Source of the DNA: Deltaproteobacteria bacterium | GTDB lineage: Bacteria > Myxococcota_A > UBA9160 > SMWR01 | Assembly: GCA_032128375.1 (NCBI GenBank) | Contig: JAQBGU010000142.1 | Location: 1 to 33,416 of the forward strand | Length of the DNA: 33,416 nt | Reading direction: 5' to 3' | Shown: in pieces, positions 28,568-33,416 of the stretch | Layout of the letters: each line of letters opens with the position of its first letter | Position numbering within the stretch: the stretch's first letter is position 1 | Translations under genes and position numbers: made by a program | The notes under the pieces: generated by a model | The model's input: the letters and a program-made list of their open reading frames with translations, nothing else | Told to the model about the DNA's origin: nothing | Databases searched by the model: none

Positions 28568-29517
28568 GGTCGCTCCAGCAAACGGCGCGCCGCGACGACA
28601 TCAGACGCGATCTGCTTCTTGAGTTCCTCGACTCCAGGGAAGCGCCGCTCGGGCCGCAGATGATCGACAAAACTGAGATCGACGTGCCGTCCGTACACAT
28701 CGCCTTCGAAATCGATCAAGTGCGCCTCGGCCTGTACGAGCCCGCTACCGTCGAAAGTAGGCCGAACCCCGACATTGGTCACCGCGGGCAACTCGTCACC
28801 GGCGGCTGGCCCTGGCCCGGCATCGAGAAAACGCATCCGGCCAGCATACACACCCGGCTGTGGCAGAATTTCGTTTTGTGGTGCGAGATTCGCAGTCGGA
28901 AAGCCAATGGTTCGGCCGCGACGGTCGCCTTCGACGATATGTCCGCGAATACTGTACGGGCGACCGAGCATTCTGGCGGCCTCCCCCACGCGAGACTCCG
29001 AAAGCAGCGTGCGAATGCGCGTCGAATTCACGTCTCCCTCATCCACGGTCACTTCCGGAATGATGGTGACCGCAAAACCGAGCCTCGGACCCAACTCCGT
29101 GAGCATGCGCATCGACCCTTCGCGGTCGCGACCGAAGCGAAAGTCGTAGCCAACGTAGACCTCCGCTGGCCGGATCCGTTCGTGAAGGATGATTCGAACG
29201 AAGTCTTCGGCGGTCGTCCAGGAAAACTCCGTGTCGAATGTCTCGACAATCAGCACATCGATCCCCGCTGCAGCGATCAGCTCGGCCTTTTGTTCCAGGG
29301 TCGTGAGGAGTTTCGGACCATCATTTGGGCTCAATACGCGTCGCGGATGGGGCTCGAAGGTGTACACGACAGCAGTCCCGCCGATCGATCGTGCCCGCTC
29401 GACCACGGTGTCGGTGATGGCCCGGTGGCCCAGGTGCAGACCATCGAAGTTGCCAACCGTCACCACCGGTTTGGGCAGTGTTCGATTCAACTTGCTGCTA
29501 CCCGCGAAATACTCCAA
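28564..29517 (-). CDS. ribF: Bifunctional riboflavin kinase / FAD synthetase
   Basis: GNFDGLHLGH, TFEPHP, GYDFRFG, GFPTANL and NVGVRPTF motifs. TTG start after GGAG. Confidence 0.96.
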   Translation of the reverse strand: MEYFAGSSKLNRTLPKPVVTVGNFDGLHLGHRAITDTVVERARSIGGTAVVYTFEPHPRRVLSPNDGPKLLTTLEQKAELIAAAGIDVLIVETFDTEFSWTTAEDFVRIILHERIRPAEVYVGYDFRFGRDREGSMRMLTELGPRLGFAVTIIPEVTVDEGDVNSTRIRTLLSESRVGEAARMLGRPYSIRGHIVEGDRRGRTIGFPTANLAPQNEILPQPGVYAGRMRFLDAGPGPAAGDELPAVTNVGVRPTFDGSGLVQAEAHLIDFEGDVYGRHVDLSFVDHLRPERRFPGVEELKKQIASDVVAARRLLERP

Positions 29518-29526
29518 TGCTAGACT
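29518..29526 (+). promoter_or_regulatory. Extended -10 element (TGnTAGACT) for a probably leaderless lptF/G-like transcript
   Basis: TGC-TAGACT ends 6 bp before GTG 29533. No SD on the + strand. Confidence 0.5.
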
Positions 29527-29532
29527 CCGGTC

Positions 29533-30609
29533 GTGCGAATACTCTCGCGTTACTTCCTCGCGAGCTACCTGACGCTGTTCGTTTCGATTCTCGTCTCAGC
29601 CACGGTGGCCATCATGGTCATCGAAATGATGCTGAATTTCGACGATATACTCGAACACCACCACGGCCTGAAAGGCGTCGCAACGTACCTCTTCTTGAGG
29701 GTCCCGGCCTACTATCTCCGCGATCTGGTTCCCGTCACCTCCTTCGCGGCGGTTTTCTTTGCGCTGGGGCTGCCAGCCCGAGCGCACGAGATTACCGCGA
29801 TCAAGAGCGGTGGCATCTCTCCGCAGCGAACCGCCATCCCGCTGCTTGGCGCGGCCGCACTCCTGTCGGTCGTATCACTGGGGGTCAACGAGTCGGTCGT
29901 GCTGCAGGCCACCCGACGCTGGAACCAACTGCAGACCCCCGGTAGCGAAGTCACCTTCCGCCAGGGGTCATTCTGGTACCACCGCGGTGACTCGATCTAC
30001 AACGTCCAGCATGCCGACCCGGAGACTCGGGTTCTTCACGGAGTCAGCGTGTTCGAATTGAGTCGCACCGGACGCCTGGTCAAGAGCCTGCTGTCGGAAA
30101 GCGTGGAGGTAGGCGAGGGTAATCGCTGGCGTTTCCACGGCGCCGTCGAGCGGACTTTTGACCCCTCCCAACCGGCAGCGCCGCCCCGGACACGGCGGCG
30201 GCAGACGCTCGACCGCGATGTGGCATCCGAGCATGACCTCGCGCTGGTCGACGAGAGCGCGAAGACTCTCTCGCTGGTGAATCTGCGGCAGTACATTTCG
30301 AACCAGATTCGCGACGGGCGCGATTCGCATCGCTACCAGGCGCTGCTCCAAGCGAGACTCGCGGAGCCGGTCACAGTACTGCTATTTTCGCTGCTCGCGA
30401 TACCACTCGGACTCGCAGTCGAAAGGACTCGAAGCCTTGCGACGTCGGCTCTCACCGGGATCGTCACCATCGGCGTCTTCTATACCTTCCGGACCACGGT
30501 AGACGTGTTGGCGGCAAGCGGCGTCGCATCCGCGATCGCCGGACCGTGGATGATCCTGGTCGCGTTTTTCGGCTACGGCACCTTGCAATTGGCGCGTGTG
30601 CCACGCTAG
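29533..30609 (+). CDS. LptF/LptG-family LPS export permease (LptG-like)
   Basis: MRILSRY start, 3 TM + periplasmic beta region + 3 TM, EITAIKSGGIS motif. Confidence 0.88.
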   Translation: MRILSRYFLASYLTLFVSILVSATVAIMVIEMMLNFDDILEHHHGLKGVATYLFLRVPAYYLRDLVPVTSFAAVFFALGLPARAHEITAIKSGGISPQRTAIPLLGAAALLSVVSLGVNESVVLQATRRWNQLQTPGSEVTFRQGSFWYHRGDSIYNVQHADPETRVLHGVSVFELSRTGRLVKSLLSESVEVGEGNRWRFHGAVERTFDPSQPAAPPRTRRRQTLDRDVASEHDLALVDESAKTLSLVNLRQYISNQIRDGRDSHRYQALLQARLAEPVTVLLFSLLAIPLGLAVERTRSLATSALTGIVTIGVFYTFRTTVDVLAASGVASAIAGPWMILVAFFGYGTLQLARVPR

Positions 30610-30657
30610 AGCGTTCGCCGATCGCGCCGAGCGCTGGACCGGACGATCCGGCGCTAC

Positions 30658-31608
30658 CTACTCGGGTGTTTGACCGGCCTCGAACTCGCTGTTGGGCGAG
30701 CTGACGCGAGGCTTCGAAGCTTCGCGCGACGGTCCTTGCCAGCCCCCCAAGTACTGAAAGAACTCCGACTCGGGCGACAACACGACCGTCGTTCCAACAC
30801 CGATGGTTTTCCGATAGGCCTCGAGACTGCGGACGAACGCGTAGAAATCTGGATCGACGTCGTACGACTCGGCGTAGATCCGGGCTGCTTGTGCGTCTCC
30901 TTCGCCACGTGTGATTGCGGCCTTTCCACGCGCCCTGGCGACCAATACAAGCGCATCGCGGTCCGCCCGCGCGCGAATCAATCGGGCCTGCTCTTCGCCC
31001 TCGGCGCGATGCTTCCGAGCCAAGCGATCGCGATCGCCCTGCATCCGCGCGAATACGTTTTTCTCGATGCTCGGTGGGAGTTCTGTCCGGTTGATACGGA
31101 CGTCTTCGATCGAGATCCCCGAGCTCGCCAGCGCCGCGGCCGAGTCCTTGCCGACCGTCCGCATGATCTCGATGCGCTGATCCGTCAGGACCTGCGTCAG
31201 CGTCTTCGTTCCGATGACTTCCCGTACCCTTGCGCGCACCACCCGGTCGATCTGTTTTTCGGCTTGGATTCGGCCCCCCGGAAACGAGGACTGAAACCCG
31301 ATCGGATCCAGAATCCGCCACATGACATAATTGTCGACAACAATCCTCTCTTGATCGATCGTCTGAATCACATCGGATTCGGTATTGAGGTACAGAAGAC
31401 GCTTGTCGAAGGTCACCACCTCCTCGATGAATGGGAAGCGCAGCGACCAGCCGGGTTCGATCACCGCGCGCGGCGGCCCCAGGCTCAAGATCAACTGCTG
31501 CTGGCCCTCTTTGGTGATCACAATCGGCCCCCAGCCCACATTGCCTGCCGCAATCAACGCGGTGAACAGAAACCCCAACCCGATAATGGCCAAGAGTGTT
31601 TTGGTCAC
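30658..31608 (-). CDS. hflC: FtsH protease modulator HflC
   Basis: FDKRLL, IVVDNYVMWRILDP, DVRINRTELP, RGEGDA and DPDFYAFVRSLEAY motifs. Confidence 0.92.
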   Translation of the reverse strand: MTKTLLAIIGLGFLFTALIAAGNVGWGPIVITKEGQQQLILSLGPPRAVIEPGWSLRFPFIEEVVTFDKRLLYLNTESDVIQTIDQERIVVDNYVMWRILDPIGFQSSFPGGRIQAEKQIDRVVRARVREVIGTKTLTQVLTDQRIEIMRTVGKDSAAALASSGISIEDVRINRTELPPSIEKNVFARMQGDRDRLARKHRAEGEEQARLIRARADRDALVLVARARGKAAITRGEGDAQAARIYAESYDVDPDFYAFVRSLEAYRKTIGVGTTVVLSPESEFFQYLGGWQGPSREASKPRVSSPNSEFEAGQTPE

Positions 31609-32717
31609 GGTTGGCTCCCGGGCTGCTCGCTCGCAGCGCCTCGTCCGGGAGCAGAAGGTTTCTGGCCAGCCGGTTTCGGTGCAGCGGGTTTCTGTACAGA
31701 CGGCTTCCGTGCAGAGGCCTTTGAGTCGGACGGTTGTGGAACAGAAAGCCCTTGGGACAGAGGCAGGTAGGGCAGCACCTGGGCGGTCCCAGGCTGGATG
31801 ATGACTTTGTTCACCCCGGGCAGGACGTCCTCCATCGCCTCGAGGTACAAACGCGTCTCGGTCACCTTGGGCGCCCTGTGATATTCGACGACCAAAGCCG
31901 CGAAGCGTTCGGCCTCACCCATCGCTTCGGCGATCTTCGCGTCCCGATAGCCTTGGGCCGCCTGGATCAACTCGATCGCCTGTGCGCGAGCCGTTGGCAG
32001 CAGCTCGTTTTTGTAGCCCTCGGCTTTGTTGACGGTGAGGCTCGCATCCTGTGCGGCCGCGATGACATCGTCGAACGCCTCGCGGACCTGCTGTGGCGGC
32101 TGGACATCCTGGAGTTGGATCTCCATGACGTCGATGCCCATCGAATACGAGTCGAGAATCTCCTGCAGGATTCGCTTACTCTCGCTTTCGATCTCACCCC
32201 GCCGCTCGCTCAGAACGCCATCGACTGTCATGCGTCCGACAACTTCGCGGACTGCAGCCTGCGCAGCGTCGCGAAACGCCGGCTCCGGATCTGCAACTCC
32301 GTAGCGCGAATCGAACGCATCGCTGATGCGATACTGGACGACGAACCCGAGGCTGACGATGCTGTTGTCGCTGGTCTGCATGCTCGCTTCCATCTCGGCC
32401 CGCTCGCGAGCGGCCTGATCGCCCTCTCCTTTGACGCCAAAGTCCTGTCGCGAAAATTCGGAGACGTTGACGATCTCGACCTGCTCGTACGGCGCAGGGA
32501 GATGGAATCGCAAGCCCGCAATCGGCTCGGTTCGCTGGTACTTCCCGAGCCTGAACACGATCGCGGACTGCCCCGGCTCTAGCTCATACACGCCGAAGTA
32601 TCCCCAGCCGGCAAGCGCCCCTAGCGCGACGACCAGCAACACAGAGTTTCGAAGCAAGCGGCCTACCGATCGGCGAACCTTGGAGTCAACCGACGGAGAA
32701 CCATCGTTTTCGGCCAT
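31605..32717 (-). CDS. hflK: FtsH protease modulator HflK
   Basis: VQYRISD, QLQDVQPPQQVREAFDDV and APKVTETRLYLEAME motifs. Confidence 0.92.
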   Translation of the reverse strand: MAENDGSPSVDSKVRRSVGRLLRNSVLLVVALGALAGWGYFGVYELEPGQSAIVFRLGKYQRTEPIAGLRFHLPAPYEQVEIVNVSEFSRQDFGVKGEGDQAARERAEMEASMQTSDNSIVSLGFVVQYRISDAFDSRYGVADPEPAFRDAAQAAVREVVGRMTVDGVLSERRGEIESESKRILQEILDSYSMGIDVMEIQLQDVQPPQQVREAFDDVIAAAQDASLTVNKAEGYKNELLPTARAQAIELIQAAQGYRDAKIAEAMGEAERFAALVVEYHRAPKVTETRLYLEAMEDVLPGVNKVIIQPGTAQVLPYLPLSQGLSVPQPSDSKASARKPSVQKPAAPKPAGQKPSAPGRGAASEQPGSQP

Positions 32718-32720
32718 CGC

Positions 32721-33416
32721 TCAGCTCGTTTCCTCGCGCTTCTGATCGGAGCCGCGCGTGGCGGTCGCGGTGCCGCTCTTCTTCTCGTAGAAGGGAGCCA
32801 GGATGTCGATCGGGATCGGGAATATCGTGGTTGAACTGTTCTCAGTCGCGACCTCGGCCAGCGTCTGCAGATACCGCAACTGCAATGCGCCACTCTCGCT
32901 CGAAAGCACCCGTGCCGCATCTGCGAGCCGTTGGGCAGCCTGAAACTCGCCGTCGGCGTGAATCACCTTCGCGCGCTTCTCACGCTCTGCCTCGGCCTGC
33001 TTCGCCATGGCGCGCTGCATGTCCGGCGGCAGGTCGATCTGCTTGACTTCGACAGCGCGCACCTTCACGCCCCACGGTTCGGTCTGCAGATCGATGATCT
33101 CCTGCAATTTCATGTTGATCGATTCGCGCTCCGCGAGCAGTTCGTCGAGTTCGGCCGTTCCGCATACGCTTCTCAGGGTCGTTTGCGCGAGCTGCGATGT
33201 TCCGTAGAGGTAGTTCTCGACCTGGATCACGGCCTTCTCCGGGTGCAGCACCCGAAAGTACAGCACCGCGTTCACCTTCAGCGAGACATTGTCGCGGGTG
33301 ATCACCTCTTGCGCGGGCACGTCCATCACGATCTCACGCAGGCTGATCCTCACCATCCGGTCGACGCCCGGGATCAGCCAGCGGAAGCCGGCCGACTTGT
33401 TGCCGTTGAAGCGACC
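32721..33416 (-). CDS. Stomatin-like (slipin, SPFH/band 7) protein, 5' end outside the window
   Basis: [32 protein letters not shown] and LQLRYLQTL motifs. The frame stays open to the window edge ([21 protein letters not shown]). Confidence 0.92.
   Translation of the reverse strand, partial: GRFNGNKSAGFRWLIPGVDRMVRISLREIVMDVPAQEVITRDNVSLKVNAVLYFRVLHPEKAVIQVENYLYGTSQLAQTTLRSVCGTAELDELLAERESINMKLQEIIDLQTEPWGVKVRAVEVKQIDLPPDMQRAMAKQAEAEREKRAKVIHADGEFQAAQRLADAARVLSSESGALQLRYLQTLAEVATENSSTTIFPIPIDILAPFYEKKSGTATATRGSDQKREETS

Overview
GC-rich bacterial DNA, most like Myxococcota or another deltaproteobacterial lineage (inferred from gene content and order). Most of the window is a minus-strand type IVa pilus and cell-polarity locus. 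Read right to left: stomatin-like SPFH (partial), hflK, hflC, lptF/G-like (+), ribF, LPG-synthase-type membrane protein, pilB (split by a 1-bp frameshift), pilT, pilC, pilS, pilR, an atypical NtrC-family regulator (+, GAFAGA), XRE-HTH, pilMNOPQ, aroK, aroB, a hypothetical protein, an MglC-like roadblock protein, aroQ, a lipoate-ligase-family gene, an SgmX-like TPR protein, an ExeA-type ATPase, an ABM-domain protein and tRNA-Gly(CCC). No pilA or pilD is present. Downstream of the tRNA lies a ~2.7 kb integrase-free mini-island (DUF4345-like protein and a TolB-like beta-propeller) bounded by a 48-bp duplication of the tRNA 3' end. Other notable signals: a sigma28-like motif upstream of several pilus and polarity genes, several in-frame 12-bp tandem repeats (13 units at the AroB N-terminus), a probable CTG start, and a 15-bp divergent spacer with an apparent leaderless promoter. 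I found no CRISPR array, defence system or clearly novel multi-gene system. All calls come from motif recognition and recalled family knowledge, with no database searches.
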